DNA of 64,000 bases from Patescibacteria group bacterium. Lineage in GTDB: Bacteria; Patescibacteriota; Patescibacteriia; Patescibacteriales; UBA12465. Below, one piece after another: positions 53,306 to 62,418 of the stretch; position 1 is the stretch's first letter, and every line of letters starts with the position of its first letter. Below the pieces are notes generated by a model. The model made no database searches and was not told where the DNA came from. It saw only the letters and a program-made list of their open reading frames with translations. Made by a program: the position numbers and the translations under genes. The DNA lies in the NCBI GenBank assembly GCA_041650775.1, contig JBAZKO010000001.1, positions 1,030-65,029 on the forward strand, given 5' to 3'.

Positions 53306-54601
53306 TTATTTTAAAAATTCTCCAAAAGATTTAATCACATAATTAAGCATTTCTTTTGTCAGCCCCGGATAAACACCAATCCAGAAAGTATTATTCATGA
53401 CTTCATCGGTATTTTTCAAATCCCCGGAAATTCTGTAATTAATATTATAATTTTTAAAATAAGGCTGTTTTGTTACGTTACCAGCAAACAACAAACGCGT
53501 ACCGATTTTTTTATCATTTAAATATTTTAATAATCCTTCTCTAGAAAATCCTGCCTCTGGTTTGATTGTTAATAAAAATCCAAACCAACTCGGATCCGCT
53601 TCGCTATTCCAACTGGGCAAAATAAAATACTTTTCTAATTTTTTAAAAGCGGCATAAAGATAAGCGAAATTATCTTTTCTTTTTTGAATAAATTTAGGAA
53701 GTTTATCAAGCTGAACCAACCCCAAAGCGGCCTGAATGTCAGTAATCTTCAGGTTATAACCGATTTCACTATAAATGTATTTATGGTCATAGCCTTGGGG
53801 TAAATCACCAAGTTTCCAGTTAAAACGATTCTTGCAAAAATTATCAACCCCGGTCGAACAGACGCAATCACGACCCCAATCTCGCAATGATCTCACTATC
53901 TTACTTAAGATGGGGTCATTAGTCAAAATCGCCCCTCCTTCCGCCATAGTAATATGATGCGCGGGATAAAAACTGCAGGTTGATATATGACCAAAAGTTC
54001 CGGTAAATTGTCCATTATATTTTGAACCTAAGGCATCACAGTTATCTTCAATGAACCAGAGATTATATTCGTCACAAATTTTCCTTAATTCAGCTACCTC
54101 AAAAGGGTTACCGAGAGTGTGGGCAATAAAAACTGCTTTAGTCTTAGGAGTGATGGCTTTTTTAATAGATTCCAGAGATGCATTATAAGTTCCCAGCATA
54201 ACATCCACAAAAACTGGGATAAACCCGTTCTGAATAATCGGATTAACGGTAGTCGGAAAACCAGCGGCAACAGTAATCACTTCGTCCCCCTTTTTAAGAC
54301 GTTTCTCGTCCGGCAATCGAAAAGAAGTAAGAGCGCTAAGTGCCAATAAATTAGCGGAAGAACCGGAATTAACGGCGACACAAAACTTTAAACCCAAAAA
54401 ATCTGCCAGACTTCTTTCAAATTCAGCGGCGTATTTCCCTTCTGTCCACCAGCCCTCCATAACTGCGTTAACCATATTAATCAATTCTTTTTCATCAAAA
54501 ACTTTTCCCGAAACAGGGACTAGTGATTCTCCGGGGATAAAAAGCTTATGGGAAAACCGGGACTTAAATATTTTTTTGATTTCTGAATGTAAAGCGTCCA
54601 T
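53306..54601 (-). CDS. ddhC: CDP-6-deoxy-L-threo-D-glycero-4-hexulose-3-dehydrase (E1; RfbH/DdhC/AscC family)
   Basis: Long collinear blocks match Salmonella RfbH as I recall it: GDEVITVAAGFPTTVNPIIQNGFIPVFVDV, SFYPAHHITM (His replaces the PLP Lys), GYNLKITD, DPSWFGF, IGTRLLFAGN and FWIGVYPGLT. The Fe-S motif C-X57-C-X1-C-X7-C is present by direct count. Confidence 0.9.
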   Translation of the reverse strand: MDALHSEIKKIFKSRFSHKLFIPGESLVPVSGKVFDEKELINMVNAVMEGWWTEGKYAAEFERSLADFLGLKFCVAVNSGSSANLLALSALTSFRLPDEKRLKKGDEVITVAAGFPTTVNPIIQNGFIPVFVDVMLGTYNASLESIKKAITPKTKAVFIAHTLGNPFEVAELRKICDEYNLWFIEDNCDALGSKYNGQFTGTFGHISTCSFYPAHHITMAEGGAILTNDPILSKIVRSLRDWGRDCVCSTGVDNFCKNRFNWKLGDLPQGYDHKYIYSEIGYNLKITDIQAALGLVQLDKLPKFIQKRKDNFAYLYAAFKKLEKYFILPSWNSEADPSWFGFLLTIKPEAGFSREGLLKYLNDKKIGTRLLFAGNVTKQPYFKNYNINYRISGDLKNTDEVMNNTFWIGVYPGLTKEMLNYVIKSFGEFLK

Positions 54602-54610
54602 AATAATATT

Positions 54611-55489
54611 CTACAAATGTTCTAAAAATAATTTTTTATCAAAATTCGGTAAAATTGTCTTATAGTATTCCACTAATTTAGCAATGGCCTCTTTTAAATC
54701 AATAAACTCCAATTCAGGAAATTCTTTTTTTAACTTGCTTATATCACAGGTGTACTCATTATTAAGCCCATCTTTAAATATTTTAATCGGCAAATCCTTA
54801 TTAGTAACTTCCAAAATCATCCTGGCAATAGTCAAAAGATCAACCCGCTGGCCGCTGCCGACATTATAAAAAACATCCTTCGGCTTGTTCTCTATAATTC
54901 TATCTATAACCTTGGCGGCGTCATTAATATAAAGATAATCAAAATAAACGTTCTGATTAATCGTTAATGGGAGGTTCAGCAGGGCCTTACAAATTGAATT
55001 AGAAATAAATCTGGTTTTAAAATCTTCATATTTTCCGAATACCCCGAAAAAACGAAGATGAGTAATAAAATCTGTGCCGACCGCCAATTTAGCCATCGTG
55101 AATTTCGCCAAGCCATATTCATCTTCAGGAATATTACGACCGAAGTCTTTTTCATTAACCAGGCGCAAACTTTGAGATTTATCATATTCCGCTCCAGAGC
55201 CGAAAACAATCATCCTATTAAAATATTCCTTAGCGGCCAACAGATTATAAAAAATAATCAAGTTACTCTTTAAAATGTCCAGCTGAATATTACTTTTCCG
55301 GTTGCCGCCGGTTGCCGCCGTATGCAAAATCAATTCCGGGCGATTAATTTTTATATATTCAAAAACAGACCGAGAATCCAAAAGATTCAGTTCCGACCGC
55401 CGCGGTGCCAATATTTCATATTTATCCTTCAAAATTTCCAGGATATTCTTACCGATAAAACCATTGCCGCCAGTTAATAAAATTTTCAT
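54611..55489 (-). CDS. NAD(P)-dependent extended SDR (sugar-nucleotide ketoreductase/epimerase; YerF- or RfbJ/RfbS-like role)
   Basis: MKILLTGGNGFIGKNI and YGLAKF (YxxxK). 292 aa. Lies between the ThDP enzyme and E1. Confidence 0.65.
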   Translation of the reverse strand: MKILLTGGNGFIGKNILEILKDKYEILAPRRSELNLLDSRSVFEYIKINRPELILHTAATGGNRKSNIQLDILKSNLIIFYNLLAAKEYFNRMIVFGSGAEYDKSQSLRLVNEKDFGRNIPEDEYGLAKFTMAKLAVGTDFITHLRFFGVFGKYEDFKTRFISNSICKALLNLPLTINQNVYFDYLYINDAAKVIDRIIENKPKDVFYNVGSGQRVDLLTIARMILEVTNKDLPIKIFKDGLNNEYTCDISKLKKEFPELEFIDLKEAIAKLVEYYKTILPNFDKKLFLEHL

Positions 55490-55496
55490 ACGAATT

Positions 55497-57242
55497 TTAT
55501 CGTAAAAATTTTTCTTTTAAGATCCTTAACATTTTCTTCTTCTCATCATCTAAGAATGGGGCTTGATTTTCAATTGATTCTCCATAGACAACCTTGGGCC
55601 GAAGTGTGGATTGCGGGCTTAATTCTACTTCAATAATCGCCGGACCCTGAAAGTTAATTATTTTATTATATAAATTAAAGCCAGTGGATTTTTTTATTTT
55701 AAAATATTTAATATCGTAGGCGCCAGCAATCTTTTTTATATTGGGGCAAGAATAACCAATAACCGTTGACTGATAATTCTTATCAAAATACTGATCTTGG
55801 AATTCTCTAACCATTCCCAGGGAGTTATTATTTAAAACGAATATTTTGATTGCCAGATTATTTAATTTTACGGTCTCCAGTTCTTGGATATTGACTTGGA
55901 AACCGCCGTCCCCCATAAAGGCATAAACTGGCCGAGTCTTACCACCGCAGTAAGCGCCGATTGACGCCGGTAAAGAAAAGCCCATCGCCCCCATGCCGCC
56001 GCTAAACATCAAGTTCTGTCCTTCTTTGATTTTCCATGATTGCGCCAACCACATCTGATTTTGCCCGACATCAGCTACGATTATAGAATTTTCCGACACC
56101 GCTTTTGAAAAATTACTAAAAAATAGGTTAGGATTACAATATCCATCCTCCTCTGAATATTTATCGTTAAAATTCTCCTCGACCGATTTAATAAAATCCA
56201 GCCATTTTGTCTTAATCTTAATTTCTAAATTGTCCAGGCTGTCAAAAAAAATATTCAAATCAGTATTAATGAAAAAATAATCCTTAAAATCGTCTTTCTT
56301 TGAAAACCCATCAATATCCACATGAAAAATCTTAGCTTGAGTGGCAAATAAATTCGGATTACCGGTCTGTCTCAAATCCAACCTTGAGCCCAAAACAATT
56401 ATTAAATCGGCATTAGCCAAGACGATATTAGCGCTCCGATTACCATAGGTACCGATAAAACCCGAATAATTATTCTGTTCGATAGCAATTTCTCCTAAAC
56501 CCAAAAGTGAACTTACTGACGGTAAGCTATTATTATTCAAGAAATTTTTCAACTTATCTTTTGTCTTAGAAATTTTTATACCATTACCAAATAAAACAAC
56601 CGGCGCCTTAGATTCTTCCAACAACTGCGACAATTTTTTAAAATCGGAATAAAGCCTGCCTCTCTCTTTGTCCTTTTCTTTATATTCTTCTGAATCAATG
56701 AATCTTTTGAGTGTTGCCGGTTCTATCTCAGCTGTTTGGACATTAAAAGGTATATCCAACAAAACAGGACCCGGACGATCAGTCTTCATTAAAAACAAAG
56801 ATTTTTCCAATTCATACAAAATCTCGTTTGGTTCTAAAATTAACTTGGCGTATTTAGTGATGCCTTTGACCATTTCCACGACATCCAGTTCTTGAAAACC
56901 ATTTTGTCTGACATTCTTACTGTTACGTAAATCCTTGGAGTTAACTTGTCCGGTAATGAATAAAGCTGGAGTTGAATCAAAATAACAACTTCCAATAGCC
57001 GTGACCATATTAGTTGCGCCAGGACCACTAGTAGAAATGGCGACGCCAAAATTTTTTCCAGAACGAGCATAACCTTCGGCCGCGAATCCGGCCGCTTGTT
57101 CATGTCGTGCCGGCAGACAATCGATCCCAGATAACCGACTGATTGAATCCTCTAAATTTGCAATCATGCCTCCAGTAAAATCAAAAACTATTCCAATGCC
57201 TTGGTTTTTTAAAAATTCAGCGATAAAGTCCGAACATTTCAT
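55497..57242 (-). CDS. Thiamine-diphosphate-dependent enzyme, acetolactate-synthase large-subunit family (YerE-like by context)
   Basis: N-terminal PYR domain (HEQAAGFAAEGYARSG...STSGPGATNM) and C-terminal ThDP motif GDGGFQVN...NNNSLGMV. 581 aa. Confidence 0.85.
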   Translation of the reverse strand: MKCSDFIAEFLKNQGIGIVFDFTGGMIANLEDSISRLSGIDCLPARHEQAAGFAAEGYARSGKNFGVAISTSGPGATNMVTAIGSCYFDSTPALFITGQVNSKDLRNSKNVRQNGFQELDVVEMVKGITKYAKLILEPNEILYELEKSLFLMKTDRPGPVLLDIPFNVQTAEIEPATLKRFIDSEEYKEKDKERGRLYSDFKKLSQLLEESKAPVVLFGNGIKISKTKDKLKNFLNNNSLPSVSSLLGLGEIAIEQNNYSGFIGTYGNRSANIVLANADLIIVLGSRLDLRQTGNPNLFATQAKIFHVDIDGFSKKDDFKDYFFINTDLNIFFDSLDNLEIKIKTKWLDFIKSVEENFNDKYSEEDGYCNPNLFFSNFSKAVSENSIIVADVGQNQMWLAQSWKIKEGQNLMFSGGMGAMGFSLPASIGAYCGGKTRPVYAFMGDGGFQVNIQELETVKLNNLAIKIFVLNNNSLGMVREFQDQYFDKNYQSTVIGYSCPNIKKIAGAYDIKYFKIKKSTGFNLYNKIINFQGPAIIEVELSPQSTLRPKVVYGESIENQAPFLDDEKKKMLRILKEKFLR

Positions 57243-57278
57243 AAAACGCTATTTTAAAAGCTCGACTTGATAAATAAA

Positions 57279-58241
57279 TTATCTATGCCAATACTTCTTA
57301 TACCATTCAAAGGTTTCTTTTACTCCCTCTTCAAAAGTATAATTTGATTTCCAACCCAAAACCTCAGCCGCTTTCTCGTAATTAAGGCTCTGGAAAGGAA
57401 TCTCATTCTTCTGATTATTACTTATTTTATATTTACATTTTTTATCAACCACTTCGGAAACTTTTTCTATTAACTGTAAAACAGAAAAATTATAACCGGT
57501 ACTGAAATTAAAAGCCTCACCTCTGGCTTTATCAATATTTTCCATCAGCAGAATATAGCCGTCAGCGACATCCTTAACATAGACATAATCACGAACAAAA
57601 GTTCCGTCGCTTCTTATTTCCAGAGTTTCATCGAAAATAAGAGCCTTCATTATTCCCGGTATAATACGATTAATGTTCAGATCTCCCGGACCGTAAATAT
57701 TCCCGAAACGGCTTACCGCCACCGGCAAACCATAGGTCTTAGCGTAGGTTCTGGTTATCAGATCCGCGCAAGATTTAGAGACGTCATAAGGATGATCTCC
57801 GGCCATGGCCGCGACTTCCGTGGCGTTATCGCATTTTTTTCCATACGCTTTATCACTAGAAGCAACAACTATTCCTTTTATACTCGGACAATGGCGCGCC
57901 GCCTCTAAAATATTAACCGTTCCCATAATATTAGTTTCCAATGCTTCCCTAGGATTAATAAACGCGGTCGGAACTATCGGCTGAGCGGCGATGTGAAAAA
58001 TATATTCAATTTCATATTTAGAGACAACATCAAACACTCGATTATAATCCTTAATATCACAAATAGCGGAGATAGTCTTTTGATCTAAATTCTTCTCCAT
58101 AAAGTAAGAACGAAAATCTTTTGACCGTCTGGTAATAAATACCGCGGCTTCCTGCTCGACCAGCTTTTCGGCAATATGTCCACCAACTAAACCGGTCGCG
58201 CCGGTAATAAGGATATTCCTACCTTTAAAGTAATTACTCAT
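57279..58241 (-). CDS. NAD-dependent sugar-nucleotide 4,6-dehydratase (probable CDP-glucose 4,6-dehydratase)
   Basis: ILITGATGLVGGHI, SSDKAYG and HPYDVSKSCADL resemble the RfbG/DdhB blocks TSDKCY and DPYSNSKGCAEL. Confidence 0.6.
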   Translation of the reverse strand: MSNYFKGRNILITGATGLVGGHIAEKLVEQEAAVFITRRSKDFRSYFMEKNLDQKTISAICDIKDYNRVFDVVSKYEIEYIFHIAAQPIVPTAFINPREALETNIMGTVNILEAARHCPSIKGIVVASSDKAYGKKCDNATEVAAMAGDHPYDVSKSCADLITRTYAKTYGLPVAVSRFGNIYGPGDLNINRIIPGIMKALIFDETLEIRSDGTFVRDYVYVKDVADGYILLMENIDKARGEAFNFSTGYNFSVLQLIEKVSEVVDKKCKYKISNNQKNEIPFQSLNYEKAAEVLGWKSNYTFEEGVKETFEWYKKYWHR

Positions 58242-58382
58242 ACGTTTTATTATTTAGGCGAATTTCTATATGATTAAGCTAATTTCTACTCGGAGTTATT
58301 GCTATTTTTATGTATTCTTTAATAAATTGCTTATTTAAATGATAAATCATTTTCGTTTTAAAATCAATAAAAAAGACCCTAA

Positions 58383-58874
58383 CTAAAATTTAGATAGGGC
58401 CATCGGTATAACCACCATTTTATGATGATCTACAGTCTCTACCGGCAAAGCATCAATTAAAAACCATGCACCATTGCTATTGGGCAATGTTTCTACCTCA
58501 CACGCAAATATCAAATGAACAACATGCCCTCTTTTTTCGTGAAGATTATTGTCAAAACCGGCGAATTTTTTATTTAAAATTTTTCCGATATCTTCCTTTT
58601 CTTCCAGCCGTGTGAATGCACTTTCTGTCGTTTCCCCCGTCCTTAAAAAGGTGCCGGGACAATGCCAAAGCCCTCCATAAGATTCTTCTTCTTTTCTTTT
58701 TGAGAGGAATATTTCCTTACCTTTAGGCGTGTTTCTTAATATAACCGCTTCTATAGCTATTCCAATCGTAATGCGCGCTAATTCATTAAATAATTCTGTC
58801 CCATATGGTAACTTAGGGCTAACTCTTTTTAAAGCTTTAGCCGCATTTTTATTATCATTATCGTAAATGTTCAT
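58383..58874 (-). CDS. NUDIX-like hydrolase
   Basis: GGLWHCPGTFLRTGETTESAFTRLEEKEDIG approximates the Nudix box GX5EX7REUXEEXGU, but with imperfect spacing. Confidence 0.45.
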   Translation of the reverse strand: MNIYDNDNKNAAKALKRVSPKLPYGTELFNELARITIGIAIEAVILRNTPKGKEIFLSKRKEEESYGGLWHCPGTFLRTGETTESAFTRLEEKEDIGKILNKKFAGFDNNLHEKRGHVVHLIFACEVETLPNSNGAWFLIDALPVETVDHHKMVVIPMALSKF

Positions 58875-59043
58875 TTTTCTTTTCCTTTCCTTTTTAAAGA
58901 ATTTATTTTTTCATTTCTAACTTAGCATAATACCATATCTAATAAATTATGTCAACAAAAACCATTTATACTGCTGCTAGTCTAGTCCTTAATAATAAGT
59001 ATTTTTACCCAATATTAAACATAAAAAATCTATCTTTAAAAAC

Positions 59044-59829
59044 TTAATCCCAAACTTTCCAAAATGGGTCATTAATCCAATATTTATTTAATTCCTCAAC
59101 TTCTTTATAGGTATCCATGCATTTCCATTTGCCCTCGTGTTCAAACATGGACAATTCTCCCTTTAGCGCCAAGGGGTCAAAGGCCTGTTCAATCATTGTA
59201 TTAGGTTTAATTAAATCTAAAAATTCATTTTTAAAAACCATGAAACCGCCATTAATTAAATCCTGCGATTGCGCCTTGATAGTGTCAGTAATACCGGTTT
59301 GGTAAAAATCTCTAATTTTCTTAGATTCCTTATCATAGTCCAGCAGGCCAAAACGACCTTCCCGACGCGCGCCAGTTATCGTGGCAATCGTATTCTGGCT
59401 TTTATGAAAAGCCACTAATTTATTTATATCGATATCGGCGACGCCGTCGCCATAAGTCACCATAAAATCCTCATCACCGATATATTTTTTTAGTTTTCTC
59501 ACTCTTTCTCCAGTCAATGTCTCTAAACCGGTTTCAACGAATGTTATCTTAAAGTCATCGCAATCATTATTATGGAAAGTCACTTCATTATCTTTAGTAC
59601 TTAGGGTAAAGTTATTCAAAAGAGTTCGCCAATGAAGAAAATATTCCTTTATCATATCGCCGCGATAACCTAAGGCAAGGATAAATTCATTATATCCATA
59701 ATAGGAATAGATTTTCATGATATGCCATAAAACCGGCTTGCCACCAACACTAACTAGTGGCTTTGGTTTGAATTCTGTTTCCTCTTTCATTCTAGTTCCT
59801 TGTCCGCCGCAAAGAATTATTGTTTTCAT
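59044..59829 (-). CDS. ddhA: Glucose-1-phosphate cytidylyltransferase
   Basis: MKTIILCGGQGTRMKEETEFKPKPLVSVGGKPVLWHIMKIYS, TYGDGVADIDI, INGGFMV and FEHEGKWKCMDT are collinear with Salmonella RfbF as I recall it. Confidence 0.9.
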   Translation of the reverse strand: MKTIILCGGQGTRMKEETEFKPKPLVSVGGKPVLWHIMKIYSYYGYNEFILALGYRGDMIKEYFLHWRTLLNNFTLSTKDNEVTFHNNDCDDFKITFVETGLETLTGERVRKLKKYIGDEDFMVTYGDGVADIDINKLVAFHKSQNTIATITGARREGRFGLLDYDKESKKIRDFYQTGITDTIKAQSQDLINGGFMVFKNEFLDLIKPNTMIEQAFDPLALKGELSMFEHEGKWKCMDTYKEVEELNKYWINDPFWKVWD

Positions 59830-60830
59830 AAAATATTACTTAAATATTTTTTTATAAAAAACCAACCGTAGCTTAATGTGAAAATAAAACACATCAAAGG
59901 GTGTAGGAACCAGGCGATATCGCGTACAAAAAGATAGCCCTTGACTGCCCGTAAAAACGGCGGAATAAACGTTAGATTGGCAAATATCATCAAAATCAGA
60001 CGGATTGTGTCTTTTTTTTGAAACACACCATATTCTCTTTTTATTTTATCAGCGGAATAGACCTTGGCCCATAATAACCTCCTTTTTAAAAAAGAGAGAA
60101 AACCAATATTTATATAATGGATTATATGCCTATTCTTGACAAAAGCAAAAGTATCATAGCCTTTTCGTATTAAACTGACACACATATCAATATGGGCGAC
60201 ATTTTCTTTATAATCCATTTTGTCCAGCATCTCTTTTCTTATTAAGAATCCATTGGCGCCGATAGTCGGAATTTTTGCGATATCCGCTACAAATTTAACT
60301 TTATAATATTCCCCCCAATCTTGGGCGTCGCCAAAAGAATGCCAAATCAAATTATTATCATACGGCCCACGATCGGCTTTCCCTAAACCCACAGCTATCG
60401 GATCACATCCGCCAATTAGAGCAAAATAACGAGATAAAATCGGATCGGTTTTTCTGTAGCCATATCTTAAAGTCTCACAAGCCACGATTTCTTGATTCTC
60501 GAATGTCTTTACCATCTCGGATAAAGCATCTTTTTCCTGAAAACGATTATCAGCAGAAAAGAAAAGAATAAAATCAGATTGCGCTGTTTGTAACGCTATC
60601 CCCCCTCTAATATTAGGCCAATCTCTTAATTCCGGTCGAGAAATTACAGTTGCTTCATATTTGTGAGCAATTTTTAAAGTTCCGTCGCTAGACCCGCCAT
60701 CGACAAGCAAAATATCAATTAAATTTTGATCATAATCTTGATTTCTGATAGAACTTAAACAATCCTCCAAAATCAATTCATCATTATAGGAAATCATTGC
60801 GACTGTGATGGAATAATCTTTTTTTATCAT
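59826..60830 (-). CDS. Glycosyltransferase family 2 with a C-terminal membrane region
   Basis: ITVAMISYNDE...LLVDGGSSDGT and FFSADN (DxD-like), with TM helices at the C-terminus. Overlaps ddhA by 4 nt. Confidence 0.8.
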   Translation of the reverse strand: MIKKDYSITVAMISYNDELILEDCLSSIRNQDYDQNLIDILLVDGGSSDGTLKIAHKYEATVISRPELRDWPNIRGGIALQTAQSDFILFFSADNRFQEKDALSEMVKTFENQEIVACETLRYGYRKTDPILSRYFALIGGCDPIAVGLGKADRGPYDNNLIWHSFGDAQDWGEYYKVKFVADIAKIPTIGANGFLIRKEMLDKMDYKENVAHIDMCVSLIRKGYDTFAFVKNRHIIHYINIGFLSFLKRRLLWAKVYSADKIKREYGVFQKKDTIRLILMIFANLTFIPPFLRAVKGYLFVRDIAWFLHPLMCFIFTLSYGWFFIKKYLSNIL

Positions 60831-60867
60831 TATAAATTTATATTACAATTTCATCTTATCAAAACAT

Positions 60868-62391
60868 TTACTTTCCAAAATCCACTAAATGTCCCAAAAC
60901 CTTCAAACCGGAACGCCAAAGAAATTTAATATCCGCCCAGGAACGAACCGCGGCGACTTTGCGTAGAATGAATTGTGGCGTCATAAACGACTTATATAAT
61001 CCCTGCGTCATTTCTTTAACTTCCGCCGTTGTCAAGTCACATTTCATCACCTGTTCCCGCTGGTCAAAGCGGTCGTAATCCTGAAAATTCAATAGGTTAT
61101 TCTCCCGGCAATAGGCGTAGAGCGGCGTACCCGGATAAGGGATTAAAACCGTGCCTTGGAGAGTATCAACATATCCTTTCTTGAATAAATTACCGGCCAG
61201 CTCTACTGTCCGCCGCGCGTCTTCCCGGCTCTCCCAAGGGTAACCAATCATCGCCGTAATATGCGGCTCAAGCCCTGCCTCCTTACACATCTTCAAACCA
61301 GGTTCAATCTCCTCGACCTTCAAATTCTTGTTGATCGCGTCCAGAGTCTTCTGATTGGCTGATTCTAAACCGAAAAGGATGAAGCGGAATCCAGCCCCTT
61401 TCATCAGGCGCCAGGTTTCCGACTCGCGGATGCCGGTAATGCGCATATTGCAACTCATCGTCACCTGTTTATTATACCCCCGTTCAATCATTCCCGTACA
61501 GAATTCCTGAAGCCACGGGCCAATCGGCAAAGAGCCGGAATCTTCCATTATTTCCTTAACGCCTAGATCAATCAGATGCCCGACCTCGTCGAGCGCTAAA
61601 CGCGCCGAACGCGTGCGAAAATTATTACCCGGGAAAAGGGTCGTCCAACTACAGAAACTGCATCTCCCCCACCAACAATCCCGACCACTCATCATATAGG
61701 TCCCGGGGGTGTATTTGAAATTGCCGTTCTGATAGGCGTATAGATACCACTTGGTTAATTCACGGTCGATTTCCGGAAGCGTATTCAGATCATGCAAATG
61801 ATAATCCTGTCGGAGGCCGCTATTTTTAAATTCAGCGTTTTTAAATTCGCCGTCCGTCCAATTTATTTCTTCATTTTTACCGACTGCGTCCCAGACGCCC
61901 GCGACCCGAGAATGCCAGCCCGGCTCTAACTCCGCTTTCCCTTGTAAAAATTTAACGAGGTTCGCCAAGCCGAAGTCATAATCGCCGCCCGCCAAAACAT
62001 AATCGACCTGGCAATAGCGCAGGCTTTCTTCCGGTTGCGCCGTCGCGTGATCGCCGACTAAGACGATTTTCAGCGGCCAGTCGGCCTTGGCTTTTAATTC
62101 ATTTATTATCCGCCAATGGCGTTTGACGACCGGAGTCTTGGTTTCTATCATCACTAAATCCGGGCGGGCGGCAATAAGACGCGCGCGCCAGTCTTCATAG
62201 TTCAAACCCTCGGCAATCCCGTCGTCCCAAAAGACTTCCTCGCCGTTTCGCTTCAAAAGCGTCGCCGCGTAGGCGGGAATGACCGGATAGATATAGGTCG
62301 GGCTATTGAACCATTGGAACTGGCGATTCTGCCCCAGGAGCGGAATGCCTTTTTCTGAGGTAAGAGGGGGATAGGAAATAAAAATTTTCAT
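60868..62391 (-). CDS. B12-binding-domain radical SAM protein
   Basis: N-terminal Rossmann-like B12 domain (DLVMIETKTP...IVLVGDHAT). Cys triad SGRDCWWGRCSFCSW. GLESANQ and IGYPWES blocks. Confidence 0.8.
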   Translation of the reverse strand: MKIFISYPPLTSEKGIPLLGQNRQFQWFNSPTYIYPVIPAYAATLLKRNGEEVFWDDGIAEGLNYEDWRARLIAARPDLVMIETKTPVVKRHWRIINELKAKADWPLKIVLVGDHATAQPEESLRYCQVDYVLAGGDYDFGLANLVKFLQGKAELEPGWHSRVAGVWDAVGKNEEINWTDGEFKNAEFKNSGLRQDYHLHDLNTLPEIDRELTKWYLYAYQNGNFKYTPGTYMMSGRDCWWGRCSFCSWTTLFPGNNFRTRSARLALDEVGHLIDLGVKEIMEDSGSLPIGPWLQEFCTGMIERGYNKQVTMSCNMRITGIRESETWRLMKGAGFRFILFGLESANQKTLDAINKNLKVEEIEPGLKMCKEAGLEPHITAMIGYPWESREDARRTVELAGNLFKKGYVDTLQGTVLIPYPGTPLYAYCRENNLLNFQDYDRFDQREQVMKCDLTTAEVKEMTQGLYKSFMTPQFILRKVAAVRSWADIKFLWRSGLKVLGHLVDFGK

Positions 62392-62418
62392 AATTTCTAA
62401 AATGTGATCTCACTTAGA

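Noticed and set aside
45111-60830. The low-GC island, considered as a mobile genomic island or integrative element.
   Set aside because: No integrase, transposase or recombinase is present. The island is not next to a tRNA (the tRNAs are at 38.2-38.9 kb) and I found no flanking direct repeats. I retain only the compositional and functional claim.
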